Below are positions 24,366 to 37,885 of a stretch of 64,000 nt of DNA, in pieces; the stretch's first letter is position 1; every line of letters begins with the position of its first letter. The DNA is taken from contig NEEC01000009.1 in the NCBI GenBank assembly GCA_002189035.1, positions 3,100,001 through 3,164,000 of the forward strand, read 5' to 3'. The stretch comes from Utricularia gibba. Taxonomy: Eukaryota > Plantae > Magnoliophyta. Both the position numbers and the translations under genes were made by a program. Under the pieces are notes generated by a model. That model saw nothing but the letters and a program-made list of their open reading frames with translations, did not search any database and was not told where the DNA came from.

Positions 24366-25274
24366 TTAACAGGAAGATGAAGAGCCATTAGTAGCGCCGG
24401 GGGCTTGAGTGCCGTGGAGGTGGTAGTTGTTCAGTTGGATGTGGTGGTGGGGATAGGCGGCGGGGGTGGAGGAGGGCGGCGGCGGGGGAGGAGGATGATG
24501 GTGATCTTTTCTCCGTAAAGTGTTTTTGTTATTGTGCATCCACACTTTGAAAACGCCTTTATCCACGCCCATATCACCGCAGGATTCGTTGATCAAATCT
24601 TCGTCCTTCTTTTGCATTTTCCACCCCACTTTCTCTGCGAGTTCCAGCATTTTTTCCTTCTGGTACTGGGTGAATTTCGTACGGAATCTCTTCCGGCTGC
24701 CGGAGCTGAACAGCCCCGCGGCGTTGTAGGGGGCGGAAGCTAGGGGGCTGTTTTCCGGAGGCGGGGCGGATAAGCCGTGGCTGAGGGCTAGCAGTGTATG
24801 GGGTACTGATGGGTAGTAGGAGGATGAAATCGGAGGTGGCGACGGAGAATTCATCGGGCTCCCGCTGCTGTTTCCCGGTTGAATCTGCGGCGGTGGAGGA
24901 TGGTGGCGGTGAAGTGGGTGGTACTCTAAAGCAGGGACGTCGTTCGGCGGCAGGTCATCCGCCTCTCGGCGGTGAAAGTTCCGGTGACAACCACAGACGG
25001 CGCATTTTAGCGAGGTGGGCTCCGCGGGGTTTGAGTTCGGCGACGGCATAAACTCCCCACATCCATCAACGGCGTGTCCCCCCAGACTAGCCGCGTGGTT
25101 CTTCAGACACTCCCTGTAGTTAACCACCGGTTCGTGGTGGTTCACCGGCGACGGTTGTACGTGGCGCTTTAACACGCCGTTGGTGAACGGCGACGGCTTC
25201 CCCGGCAACATCCTCGTTGGAGTATCGTTTTCAGCTTCTGGTGTTTTCACTGTTGAATTCCCCTCCAAATCCAT
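24366..25274 (-). CDS. ZHD: Zinc finger-homeodomain (ZF-HD) transcription factor, ZHD9/HB34-HB23-HB30 type, 302 aa, intronless
   Basis: YRECLKNHAASLGGHAVDGCGEFM...[11 protein letters not shown] finger plus RKRFRTKFT...KVWMHNNK homeodomain. Confidence 0.95.
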   Translation of the reverse strand: MDLEGNSTVKTPEAENDTPTRMLPGKPSPFTNGVLKRHVQPSPVNHHEPVVNYRECLKNHAASLGGHAVDGCGEFMPSPNSNPAEPTSLKCAVCGCHRNFHRREADDLPPNDVPALEYHPLHRHHPPPPQIQPGNSSGSPMNSPSPPPISSSYYPSVPHTLLALSHGLSAPPPENSPLASAPYNAAGLFSSGSRKRFRTKFTQYQKEKMLELAEKVGWKMQKKDEDLINESCGDMGVDKGVFKVWMHNNKNTLRRKDHHHPPPPPPPSSTPAAYPHHHIQLNNYHLHGTQAPGATNGSSSSC

Positions 25275-27818
25275 GGACCCAGAACACAGTAATCACTCAC
25301 ATCTAACAACACCCAGCACTTGGATTTGCACTTATTTTATACCCAGATTAACAACACCCAACAACAGAAACCATTAAAAAAAGGACAGAAGAAAACAAGG
25401 ACTCCAGGGAAGGAGATGAGCTGAGATGAGATGAGATGAGAGGAGGGAGAATCGGAGAACTGCTTCCTCTGTCGATGACGACACTGTAGATATTAAAAAT
25501 CCACGTTTGGTGGTTGTCCTTGTTAACCACTTGCATTATTTTCTTATTCTTTTTTATAAATCATTCTTAAGTATAAAGAGTCAAACAAACTTTAATTTTC
25601 TTGGATAAATTTACCAGTATTTGTCTTTTTTTTTCACACAAAATGTATTTTTTTCTAATTATTTATTCAATTTTAAGACAAAAGTACGTATTTTCTTACA
25701 GGGTCAAGGGCATAAGTTGCAGCAGCAGAGGGCGGGTGTGTTATTGTGAAGCCATGAGTAAATGCCCTTGGGGTCTGGTCCCCGTAAGATGGGTGAGGGG
25801 CAAATCAATAATTTCACGGATTGCTTTTTTCGGAAAATGTGTCGACTGTTCACCAGAAAACATAAATAGTAAATTAAATTATATACCTGCAGCAAAGGGA
25901 AAAAAAATAAATAGAAAAATATGTCGTGTGCTGAGTCGCAGTCACTGAAAACCACAGGCTGATGTTTAGTAATCCGACGGTGGTGAAATCCGGAGGATGC
26001 TGATTTCGGATCCAGACCGTTGAGTTGGGGGGCAAAAACGTCATATCGCTGTATGAGCCCACGAACTTCGAAAACCCTTTTGTCGGATACATGGAATTTT
26101 GGGACGGCGGGTTATTACAAAAAGCAACACCAACCCTTGTTTTGTTTGATTAACGAACCGGAAAACAACATATTTAATATCAGAACCAAATCAGTTTTTT
26201 TTTTCTTCGGAATTCCGAATTTTCTAGGAGAAATAATACTCGTGACAAAATCCCGCCACGTTTATCGTAGAGATTCCACGTGTTGGAATCTGAACCCCTT
26301 ATCCCAAAGTGTCCGAATGAGGAACCCTATGTCAATTCCGTACAACGCAACTCGATAAGGGGTTGTTGGACACTGTTGGGTTTTCTGTTAATGTGAAAGA
26401 TAAGATCCGATGATCTGAGTTGGTCGGGGTGTATTGAATAGGTGAGATTAGATATTCAATTTAATAATTATATCAAAATTTAAAATTTATTGAATGATTG
26501 AAATTGGACTTATCCGGCTATACAAATCGCAACTCTATAACTTATTTTTTATTTACATATTTACTACATCCACAGCCACGGTATGAGTATGATGGGTTTG
26601 GGTGATGATATGAGGGTCATTGGGCGTCATGTAAAGTTTTTTTTTTGTGTGTGTGTATTGAGGTGACACTCAAAGTGGATGTAACAGATGACATGAAATT
26701 TGAGGCAAGTTGGGTGAATTAATTGTATGGAGAGCAACCCCCAAGTCTCTGCACTGCTGCGCTGTGATTTTGCTCATTGGACTTGGAAGATGAGGGGTGG
26801 CAACCAAAAGGATGCCTCATATACACACACACTCAGATGGCGTAGAACACAAAGAGGGAGAGAGAGGGGTAATGTCACTACCCCCATAGTTGGTTTAGCT
26901 TGGCTTGGCTTGGCACCTGCAGAGGTTTTGGTCCACAGTCTGCTCGCTTTGTCTTCCTTCATCGACAAGGTGCCGACGACGTCGTTTTTGAATCGATGTC
27001 AGTTGAGCGGGTGGGTTAACCTAGTGATCACATATCAATTCCATTCTGAATACAACGGGTGAATTCAGTGGACTGGACACCAACCCCATCGACACATTCT
27101 GTTCTCGCCCAGGCCAGCGATCTGTGCAGCTCTATTGAGCTCCATTGGGCCCTGAATGGCTCTAGCAACCGGCAACAAGGCCCGTTTTCCTGTGGGCTGA
27201 AGCCCGAATCTTGTTTACTTTTTTTGTTGGTTGCCCTTGTGACGTGAGCACGGTCATTGTGGGACCCACCATTGTGGCAAGAGAGAGGCAAGCAGATTCT
27301 ACTCCCCAGTGAGTTAAAAATAACATTACGTCAATTGAAAACTTAGGCTTTATTTTAAATATTTACTTCTTGGTATAAACAAATTATCTACCCCTAAATA
27401 AGAAACAAATGTACCTTGGTTGACGAATGTCAAGTGTACACATAACATTTCAAAAATTATCAATAAAAATTCAGGAGTGGATGATTTCGCATGTAAGAAA
27501 AGGTAATTATTTTGCAGGGCCATTAAGACAGTAAACGACTGTCATGTGCATGCGGTGGGGAGGGCAGAGATGAGGAGTATCCACGTGAAAAGCGAGGAAT
27601 GTGGTGTCCGCCCCGAAGCAAAGCAACCATTGATTCATTAACCCGCATTCATTCATTCGTTCCCCAGGCGCACCACCCCCAGCCACCCGCGCCCCGCTTT
27701 CATTTATTCATTCAATTCCAATTCAAAGCCCTGCCCCGGCCTGGCCTGCCCTTCCTCCCTCTTCCAGACCACACCCCTTTTTCCACTCTACTTTCCCTCT
27801 CTACTGCACATCGCGGCA

Positions 27819-28277
27819 ATGGCCAAATTGCTGCTGCTCGCGCTCCTCCTCGCCCTTGTCGTAAGCGTATTTCTTTTCGCGGTTCCAACTCCCGTCTGTT
27901 GAATTTGTTTCTTTTCGAATGCAGGTGGCGGTGAGCGGAGATTTCGCGGGATTCGAGGCGGCCCAGATCCGCTACGGCCCTGGGAGCGTCCGCGTCTACG
28001 GTGTGTTCCCCTTGATTTCCTTTTCTTGGATGACGGTGTGTGATAAAATTGATTGTGAATGAAAGAAACCAAATGTTGGTTTGGTGGGTTGGCAGAGTGT
28101 CTCCCGCGGTGCAGCCGGCGGTGCAGCAGGACGCAGTACCACAAGCCGTGCATGTTCTTCTGCCAAAAGTGCTGCCGGAAGTGCCTCTGCGTGCCGCCGG
28201 GCTTCTACGGGAACAAAGGCGTCTGCCCCTGCTACAACAACTGGAAGACCAAGCGTGGAGGCCCCAAGTGCCCTTAG
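27819..28277 (+). CDS. GASA: GASA/Snakin gibberellin-regulated cysteine-rich peptide (GASA4/6-like), 3 exons
   Basis: Exons 27819-27860, 27925-28000 and 28096-28277; signal peptide, YGPGS motif and 12-Cys domain ending CPCYNNWKTKRGGPKCP*. TATCCAC overlapping CACGTG at 27578-27587 upstream. Confidence 0.95.
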
Positions 28278-29036
28278 CCCAATTCCTGCCCTGCTACCAT
28301 CGCAGAATTACTAATGCTTGCTTACATTCCACTCTGAAGTCGAATCTAAACAAAGCCCCTTATGCATCTCCTCCCCCCATTCCCCCGACTGCTTTTTTTT
28401 AGACTACACAGCAGCAACCTCCCTGCTGGTTATTCACAAAACTGCCAAAACTATCATGGTTTTGTGCTTGTTCCCCTTTTCATTTCTATTTCAATGTGAG
28501 CCTGCAGTGGGATGAACTTTTCTTTTTATTAATGGGCTTTTCTGGGCCCCATCCCCCCCCACATCCTATTTTGTATGCTATATATGGAAACCATCGATGG
28601 TAGCATGTAGGGTATGTTGTTGTATGTGCCCCCATGTCATCATGCTGCTTAATTCTACATTAGCAACATATTAAATCAAGTGTTACCAACTTGGGATTAT
28701 TCCGCATGCTTCGATTAATGGGGTAATTAAACTAGTCAAAATGTTTTTCATTTTTTTATTTTTAATAATGTGAAAATTATATTTGACATGGGTAAAATGT
28801 TTTTTCTTTTTTGTTTCCCAAACTAAACGCAAGAATGTCCGAGTTGGGCTGGGCCGAAAAAATTAGAGGTACAAATTGGGCTTGGCCTGGTCTGCACTAC
28901 ACTGGTGTGTTGGCTGAACTGCCAGTCTGCCAGAACCCGGAAAACTCAAAGTTTCCCTCCCAAAAGTTGTCGTTCCTTTAAAAACCTGTTTCAGCAGCTT
29001 CTTCATTTTGAGTATCTTCTCTGCGAATTCGCGGTG

Positions 29037-32000
29037 ATGGTGAATGAACGGAATCCGCCGAGCAGCGGTACCGAGGAGATGGAGACGGAGGCTCCCAGGA
29101 GGGCGGCGCGGTCGCCAAGGCTTTTTATAAAGGAGATGGTGTTGAGAGACTTCAAGTCCTACGCAGGCGAACAGCGCGTTGGCCCATTTCACAAGGTGTG
29201 GTTGTTCGGACCTAGGGTTGATGGTCAGCTTGAGGGGTCACTTGTCGTTGAATTTTAACTTTCCATTGTTATTCAATTTAGAACTTCTCAGCCGTTGTTG
29301 GCCCCAATGGAAGTGGAAAGAGCAATGTGATTGACGCAATGCTTTTTGTGTTCGGTAAGCGAGCGAAACAGGTTAGGGAAGCTCATTAACGATTTAATTA
29401 ACCTCACACTCCGAGATGTCGATCCTGCTTTAAAGTTATAATTTGCAGATGAGGCTAAATAAAGTTTCGGAGCTGATTCACAACTCCACCAATCATCAGA
29501 ATCTGGAGAGTGCTGGTGTATCTGTACACTTTCAAGAAATCGTCGATTTGGTAATTTTTTAGTATGGGGGCGTCGTTTGAAGTTTGTGTTATATTTTCCC
29601 TAGAAGTGATGATAAGCACTATCCATACTATTTTCTTGACTGCAGGATAATGGGGATTTTGATGTTGTAGAAGGAAGTGATTTTTCGATCTCACGTGTTG
29701 CATTCCGAGACAATACATCGAAGTATTATATAAATGAGAAAACTAGCAACTTTACGGAGGTGACCAAGTTGTTGAGAAGCAAAGGCATTGACTTGGACAA
29801 CAATCGCTTTTTAATTCTGCAGGTTCAGATTTCAATTCCATGAGTTCGATTTTAATTATGCTATTTATATGCAGATTAATTATTGTATAATGATTTTTAA
29901 ATGATTCCAACCTAAACACTGGTTTTTCAACAGGGTGAAGTAGAGCAAATATCACTGATGAAACCAAAGGCTCAGGGGCCCCATGATGAAGGTTTTCTTG
30001 AATACTTGGAGGATATAATTGGAACCAACATATATGTTGAGAAGATTGACGAATCATCGAAGCAGTGAGTTCCTGATTGTTAATTTCTAAACTATTCTAC
30101 TTTTTTCGTGGTCATTAATATGTTAATTTTCTAATAAAGTTGTATTCGGAAGAAAAATTGAAGTTTTTTAAGGTCGTATTTTTTTACTTCTTGTTTTTTC
30201 AGCTTGCTTGTTGCAGTCTTTTTTAACTCTTTCGTGAATGAAAATGATTTGTATCTTGCTCAAGATATTGTGAAGCTATTGAATGAATCGAATCAACATT
30301 TTAGGCTTGAATTGCTTAATGAAAAGAGATCAGGTGTTGTGCAAGTTGTCAAGCTTGCTGAGAAAGAAAGAGAAAGTTTGGAGGTATTCTTTGCACGCCT
30401 TTTACATGAGATAATGGTTACACGTGATGAGTCAAGAGACTCAAGAAATTTGTCTTTGTAATGGTTCCTTATTCAGGGTGTCAAGAATGAAGCAGAGGAC
30501 TACATGCTTAAGGAATGGTCACATCTAAAATGGCAAGAAAAAGCCACGGAGCTGGCATGTCAGATTAATGCCGCTGAGATACAGGAGCTACAGTCAACTA
30601 TTTCAGGCCTGGAAGAAAATGTAAAGATTGAAAGGTGCATATTTTTGCTTTATAATATTTCCTATCATGTATGTAGTTTCTACCTATTTTTCTTCTTCTG
30701 CTGTTTCGAAGGGAGAAAATTCAGTCTAACGTTGATCAACTGAAGGAACTTGAAATTTTGCATGTTACAGCAGTTAAACGGAAGGAGGTATGCAGTATAT
30801 GATGATTTTAGGTGATAGAGTTGAATATTATCTCAATGATTTTGGACGGAATTTCAGGAATTGGATAAGGACCTCAGGCGTTGCAAAGACGAGTTTAAGG
30901 AATTTGAAAGGCAGGATTTGAAGCATCGTGAGGATTTTAAGCATATGAAACAAAAGATCAAAAAGCTTGATGATAAAATAGAGAAGGTAACTTAAAATAG
31001 AATTCTATGGAGAGAAATCTTTACTAGGAAATGATTTTGACTGAAAAATAACCATTCGAGTATTTTAGGATTCAAAAAGAGTTTCTGATCTCACCAAAGA
31101 ATGCGAGGAATCCACAGATATGATTCCGAAACTTGAGGAAGACATTCCTAGATTGCATAAACTGTTGGCAGAAAATGAAAAGACATTGGAAGAAATAATG
31201 GAAGATTCTAAAGGTGCGATTTTATGTCCATTAATGCTGCAAATAATATTTGCTTGCTTTTATCACAAGTTGTTTTGATTCTTGAAAATCCCCTTTATAC
31301 AAGTTGAGCAGTGCCGCTATGTTTTATTCTTTGAGCAGCTGAAAGTGAAATCTTTCGAAGTGAGCTTGCTGATGTTCGTTCTCAGCTGGAGCCTTGGGAG
31401 AAACAATTGATTGAGCATCAGGCACACCTTGATGTAGTTTCAGCAGAAGAAAAGCATTTGCTAGAAAAGGTTATACTTTTTGCTTGAAGTGTGGATTTTC
31501 ACGAAAATTTCATTGCCTTTTCTTTTGCAGTTTTGTCCAGATCAAAAACTTTTAAAAGCAATTTTGATAGCTCTTTCTGAACGTTGGAATCTATGTTGTA
31601 GCAACAAGCTGCTACTGCTGCATATGAAAATGCAAAGAAGAATATAAATGAGCTCAGTGGAAGAGTGGAGGCAAAGAATTCTAATATAAATGATATTAGA
31701 AAGAGACTTGAGAAGCTCAAGCATACAGCTTCGGAAGCACACAAAACACAGCAAGTAATGCATCTCAAATTAATTTTTATGTTTTACTTTTCATGTTCTC
31801 GTTGGCATCGAATTCTAGGGGATGCTGTTGTCCACAGGCATGCCTTGAAGAACAAGAGAGGCTGATTCCTCAAGAGCAAGCAGCTAGGAAAAAGTTCTCG
31901 GAGCTGTCATCTGTTATGGAGTCTGAACGAAATCACGGATCTGTGATAAAAGCAATTCTTGATGCAAAAAATTCGAATCTTATACCAGGAATCTATGGGC

Positions 32001-35000
32001 GACTAGGTGATTTAGGTGCTATTGATGGTAAGAGTTCTTGTGCTGAAGTTTGTTGTCGAATTTTTTATTGGAGTTCTTCGAAAAGTTTTCTGTTGAGTTA
32101 TTGGATTGTGTCTATGTTAATCATTATGGGTCATGCTAAGATGCTCCAGCTGCATTTAATCAACATACAGATGCCTGATTAAGAGTTGGACTTTTTTCTT
32201 CCGGTGTGACCCTATGTGTGTTTCTATTTTTTGATATTTATCCAAACAATGTAGCCAAATATGATGTTGCGGTGTCAACTGCTTGTCGTGGACTCGATTA
32301 CATTGTTGTGGAAACAGCAGAAGCCGCCCAAGCTTGTGTGGAGTTGCTTCGCTCCAAAAAACTTGGTGTTGCTACATTCATGATTCTGGTATGATATGCT
32401 AATGGCCAATTTTGTTTTCATTGTACACATCATAATGAATGTAGTCACACGGTTACCTCTGACATGCTTTCTGACTGCTAAAAGGAGAAACAAGCCCATC
32501 ATGCCCCAAGGATGAATGAGAGAGTTGTTACGCCTGAAAATGCTCCTCGCCTTTTAGACTTGATTAAGGTTCAGGATGAGCGGATGAAACTTGCTTTTTT
32601 CGCCACAGCTAGCAACACAATAGTGGCTGATGACATTAATCAGGTAAGCGCTTTCACATGCATGCTGCTTTCTAGCTGCTGCTTAACATTACCCGTATAG
32701 GTATGTTTTTCCATTGCTTGCTCTCTTTCGTATCTGTAAGAAATTGCTAGAAATGTCCTCATTTCTGTTAATAGAGTTGTGGTAAGGCTTCTTACGGAAT
32801 GTGTCTATTGTATATCATCATTCTTTCCTGTAGGACTGTGTAACTGAGTTGTATATGTTAACACTGTGCAATCTCTTCAGGCAGCACGCTTAGCTTATGG
32901 CAGTGGCAGAGCATATTGGCGGGTGGTGACACTTGATGGCGCCCTTTTTGAAAAGTCAGGAACTATGACTGGGGGAGGAAGCAGGCCGCGCGGAGGTAAA
33001 ATGGGGACGTCCATTCGTGCTCTCAGTGTCTCTAGGGAAACCATGGCGAATGCTGAAAAGGACTTGTCAGATTTGGTTGAGAAGTTGGCTGTTTTGAAAA
33101 CGCAGTTAGCTGATGCCGTGGCAAAATGTCAAGAATCGGAAAAGGCAATTGCTTTTGAAGAAATGGAGTTGGGAAAAGCCATAAAGGAGGTAGGTCAACA
33201 TTATACATAATTATTCTTTGTCACCTCGTACAACAATATTATTATTGTCACAGGTCGACATTTTGAAGTTGCGTCTGGGTGATCTGGAGAAACAGCTGGA
33301 TGGCCTGAAAATGGCATCGAAACCCACAAAGGATGACGCCCAAAAATTGGAGGAACTGAGAGGCATCATTCAAGCTGAACAGAAAGAAATACAAAAACTT
33401 ACCAATGGCTCAAAACATTTGAAAGAAAAGGTTGAGTCTTAACACCCATACCCGTTTGTCATGCACCCTAGTTCAGACTGTGAATTCCATGTTTTCTTGC
33501 ATGGTTTACCAATGCTGTTCCTTGAATAGCATAAATAAAGTCTTTGTGCGGTTCCTTCTTGAGGTGCATATGGAGAATATACTCTTCTTTCAACTTTCAA
33601 AAACTTTTGCAGGCTTCAGAACTTCAGAGTAAAATTGAGAATGCCGGTGGAGAAAAACTAAAAAACCAGAAATCTGCTGTCAACAAAATTCAGTCAGTAA
33701 GTAATTGTTAATACTCATTAGTGTAATCGAGTTGCCTAATTATTTGTTGCTTAATTAATTTCAGGACATAGAAAAAAATACAACTGATATCAACCGTCAC
33801 AGACTTCTGATCGAAACAGGTAAAAAAACAATTAAAAAAATGAGCAAGGCGATTGATGAGTTCAGATGTGAAAGAGAGAAGCTGACAGAGGAAAAGGAAA
33901 AAATGCGCTCCACATTCAAAGAAATTGAGGAGAAGGCATTTGCCGTTCAAGAGAACTATAAGAAAACACAGGAGGTTGGGTCTCAATATTTCTGTTTGCA
34001 TCTTCTATTTGTTGGAGGACGACTCTGCGTCTAATACCTTTTCTAGTTCATCATCTTATTCATGATCTTCCTTGACTTGTAGTTAAGTGATCAACATAAA
34101 ATAGTTTTGGACCAAGCAAGACTAGACTACGAAAATGTAAAGAAAGCTGTTGATGATATGCGGGCTTCCCAGGTAAAGTTTTGCTACTACATTTCTTTTA
34201 TCCTCATTAAAGCTATATTCTCATAAAGCTGTATTAAGTACGCTCCAGGTGGATGCTGATTACAAGTTACAAGATAAGAAGAAGGCTTATAAAGATTTGG
34301 AATATAAGGGAAAGGGCTTAAAGAAAAAACTGGATGATCTGCAGGTTGCCCTTCGAAAACAGATGGAGCAGTAAGTGTATTCTATTGGGATTACTTCATT
34401 GCGCTTGGCATTTAATGTCTTGATGCCTACGTTTCCAACCTCTCTTATTCAAACAGAATTAAAAAGGACATGGTAGACCCAGAAAAGCTTCAGGCAGTAT
34501 TGCAAGATGCAAGTCTTGATGAATCCTGTGACATTAACAGGGCTCTTGAAATGGTGAACCTTCTAGAAGCTCAGCTGAAGGATATGAGCCCAAACCTTGA
34601 ATCAATTTCAGAGTATGGCTGGAGTGATTTAAGAGTACTATATATTTATTCATGAAGACAACGTGTGTGTCTGTATCCTGAGATTGTTTTTTTTTAAGGT
34701 ACCGAGAAAAGGTTGCCTTGTACAATCAACGTGTTGCCGATCTTACTTCAGTAACACAGGAGCGAGATGAGATTAAGAAGCAACACGATGAATGGAAGAA
34801 GAGGAGGTAAACATATATCATTTCCTATCCTTTTAAAGGCATTTTATGTCCGAGACAATTGATCATTTCATCACTGCCTTTGGCTTTCAGGTTAGATGAG
34901 TTCATGGCCGGTTTTAACATAATTTCCTTGAAGTTGAAAGAGATGTACCAGGTTTTGCATATGATTTGCCACTTAACTTTTGAGCAACGCAATTATGCAT

Positions 35001-35709
35001 TCTTTTTCATATGTTCTTCTTTTTGCTACTATAAAATATTATCAGATGATTACACTTGGAGGTGATGCTGAACTGGAGCTAGTAGATTCCCTGGACCCTT
35101 TTTCTGAAGGTGTTGTCTTCAGTGTTCGACCTCCGAAAAAGAGTTGGAAGACTATATCAAACTTATCTGGTGGTGAGAAGGTACGCATTCGCTTATCTAT
35201 TGGCATCGAGCAGCGTCTTCTTTGTCACATTGTAAACTGCTCTTCTTACAAGCTAAAATTTTATACTCAGACACTGAGCTCATTAGCACTAGTTTTTGCC
35301 CTGCATCACTACAAACCAACCCCACTGTATGTCATGGATGAGATTGATGCTGCATTAGGTACGTTTTTGATCCCCTCATACTGCTACTTGCTGCTTCTGA
35401 AGCCATGCACTGCATTCTCTTCCTCACTGCAGATTTCAAGAACGTTTCCATTGTCGGACATTATGTTAAAGACCGTACCCAGGATGCACAGTTCATCATC
35501 ATAAGGTAAGGTGTTCAATCAATCACTTCAAGATCTACCCTTGCCAAATGAAGCATGTTGATGTAGTTTCTTGTTCCTCAATTCACAGCCTGCGTAACAA
35601 TATGTTTGAGCTGGCCGATCGTCTCGTCGGCATCTATAAAACAGATAATTGCACCAAGACCATAACAATCAATCCTGGAAGCTTTGTAGTTTGTGAGAAG
35701 GCACACTGA
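29037..35709 (+). CDS. SMC4: Structural maintenance of chromosomes protein 4 (condensin CAP-C), 28 exons, frame intact
   Basis: I traced 28 GT-AG exons from 29037-29195 (FKSYAG) through Walker [10 protein letters not shown], hinge [10 protein letters not shown] and RVVTLDG, signature LSGGEK and Walker [11 protein letters not shown] to ...[15 protein letters not shown] at 35709. All phases consistent. Confidence 0.95.
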
Positions 35710-35847
35710 ACTCTTGCTTTTCAATGCCTCTAGGAGCTGTGTATTTGTATCATGTAACCCGTATGTAATATTAGTCATCATTCAACAACAAAACTTCTTC
35801 ACATTAGCAATGAGAGGAACAATGTATCCTGTATATTTGTGGTAGGG

Positions 35848-37656
35848 TCAATCCTGTATTCGTGAATGGTGATGAAATGCTACGAAATCAATGGGTTCCA
35901 CTCTGCTGACACTGTCGACGTCACTGAAGGTTCCACGCTTTGTGTTCAAGTTCACATACCTGTTTCTTCTCCTATGACATGCAGTGGCATCGTTACCTGG
36001 GATGCTTGCCATCATATCATCATCAAACTTCCTCTTGCAGCCTATGAAGTGCGTGGCCGTGGCAGGGCTCCTGACTACTGCGGCATTCTGGCGGGAATGC
36101 CGGTGGGAGTCTACGTCGGCACAACATCCTTCAATCCTGACACTTGAATGTGAAAAAGATACTTGACCACTGAGTAGGGAGGGATATACAGAATTTAAAA
36201 AACACATTCGTTAGTGTGTGGCATAAGAGGAAAGCATTTGCCGCATACTGTGATATGTATTCGACAAAGCTATCGATCAATGATGGCCATGCTCCTGTTG
36301 AAGGAAAAACTAAAGATACTAAGGAAAGGAGACAGCATGGCTCAACATAAAACGATTGAAAAAAAATGCAATGCAGAACGTTACCTTGAGGATCATATCC
36401 TTCCAGACTTCCATTGGAAAAATAAGTGAAAAGTAGGAGCTCCCTCCATGTATCCTCAGAAATATCGTGTTTGTGATTTTTCTGTACATCAAAGGGGGCC
36501 AAAATGATCAGGATTAAGGATATAAATACAGAAAAATGAACTATGAGCAATATAATGCTAAGGTAGACTTCAGAACTTCGAAGCATGCACAGAATAACAA
36601 GTTTTTTTTTTTGAAAAAAAATATATTAATGGGAAAGTTGATTTGCAGGAACAAAGTTCAAAGTTCTATGCCTGAAATCAACCTCTACAAAATCACACCA
36701 TTCATTAAGAAGCCGAAACCTTCCAGCCAAGACTAATCTCCAAGCCATCAAAGCCTTGCTTACAGCTACAAACATTCCCAAGGGATATTTTTACTTAGGG
36801 CAATTTATGCAGCGGAGCTTCCTCAAGAATATACTGCACAGCAGTCAAAAGATGGTACAGTAAATAGCTTACTTATGCCCCTTTGACCATTTTCCCGGCA
36901 CATGAGAAATACAAAGTTGTAAAAGTGGGTGAAATTTGAACAATCTTCTTTCAAGTGCACCAAATTTTCCTGAAGTTTGCACACTTCATCAAAAATTGAA
37001 TACCTAAAAAATACAAAAAATAAACTGAGCTACCTCAGTTCTTGATTGATTTTTATGCCAAAACAAAAAAAAAGGGCTTAAAAACATAGATGAGCATCTT
37101 CTACACGTTAAGACGCAGCAACGCATGATTCCTTTCCCAGCACAACCCTAGACAATGCATTCAGTAAAAAACACATAATCTGTTCTGTGTTCAACAGTTT
37201 CTCCGCAAGAAATAGGACCATGAAGCAATCAACAACACGATGACGAGAAAAATTCATAGAACTGTGGATGCCGATTTGATTTCCAACAGGAACTCTTTGA
37301 TTTCAAAACAAATACCTTGTGGAAAATTTCGACTCCATCACTTTCAACAATTCAGACAAACGTTCTCTTGTGACCCGTACTCCTTGAAGCTCATCCTTCC
37401 CCAACATACAAATCGAATCTGATACGATCGCTGCAGCACAATTCCCGTGTGGGAGAAATCAGCCAAAAACGAACACAAACTGAAATTAAAAATCTAAAGT
37501 TCACAAGGAAACTCTCCAAAAATACTGCATCGAGGATTATTATCAAGACGCGAGATGAATCCCCACCCCAAAAAAAGAAAAGAAACAAGAAAAACACCAT
37601 CAATCAGTACCGCAGTATCGGCGATAAATCTTGAAAATATCCAAGGAACAATCCAT
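35848..37656 (-). CDS. AAR3: DCN1-like (DUF298) neddylation protein, AAR3 type, 7 exons
   Basis: Exons 37656-37611, 37430-37316, 37003-36873, 36765-36683, 36481-36385, 36294-36249 and 36136-35848. MDCSLDIFKIYRRYC, FYNFVFLMCRENGQ, AWRLVLAGRFRLLNEWCDFVE, ISEDTWR, YDPQGAWPSLIDSFVE match the AAR3 clade; phases consistent. Confidence 0.88.
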
Positions 37657-37875
37657 TGAAATCGGCGTCATCTCCGACCAAGTGAACACTCCCGAGCAAC
37701 GCGCAGCAGCTACGCCATCTCCACGAAAAACCGTTGCTCTCGTGTCTCGGTGTGCTGCCGTTCCCAGTCAAGTTTGTAGTAGGCGTCCCGCGTCCTACAC
37801 CGAACAGGCTTCGGCTGTTTTAAATATAAACACATGGGCCAAGCTTTCCATCATTTGGGCCTAATGTATCTATCT

Positions 37876-37885
37876 GCCACGTGGC
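37876..37885. promoter_or_regulatory. Palindromic G-box GCCACGTGGC next to site II (TGGGCC) motifs
   Basis: About 220 bp upstream of the AAR3 ATG. Motif match only. Confidence 0.4.

Noticed and set aside
25381-25400. GACAGAAGA match suggesting a miR156/157 site in the ZHD 5' region
   Set aside because: Only about 9 nt match; the rest does not pair, which is below plant target standards.
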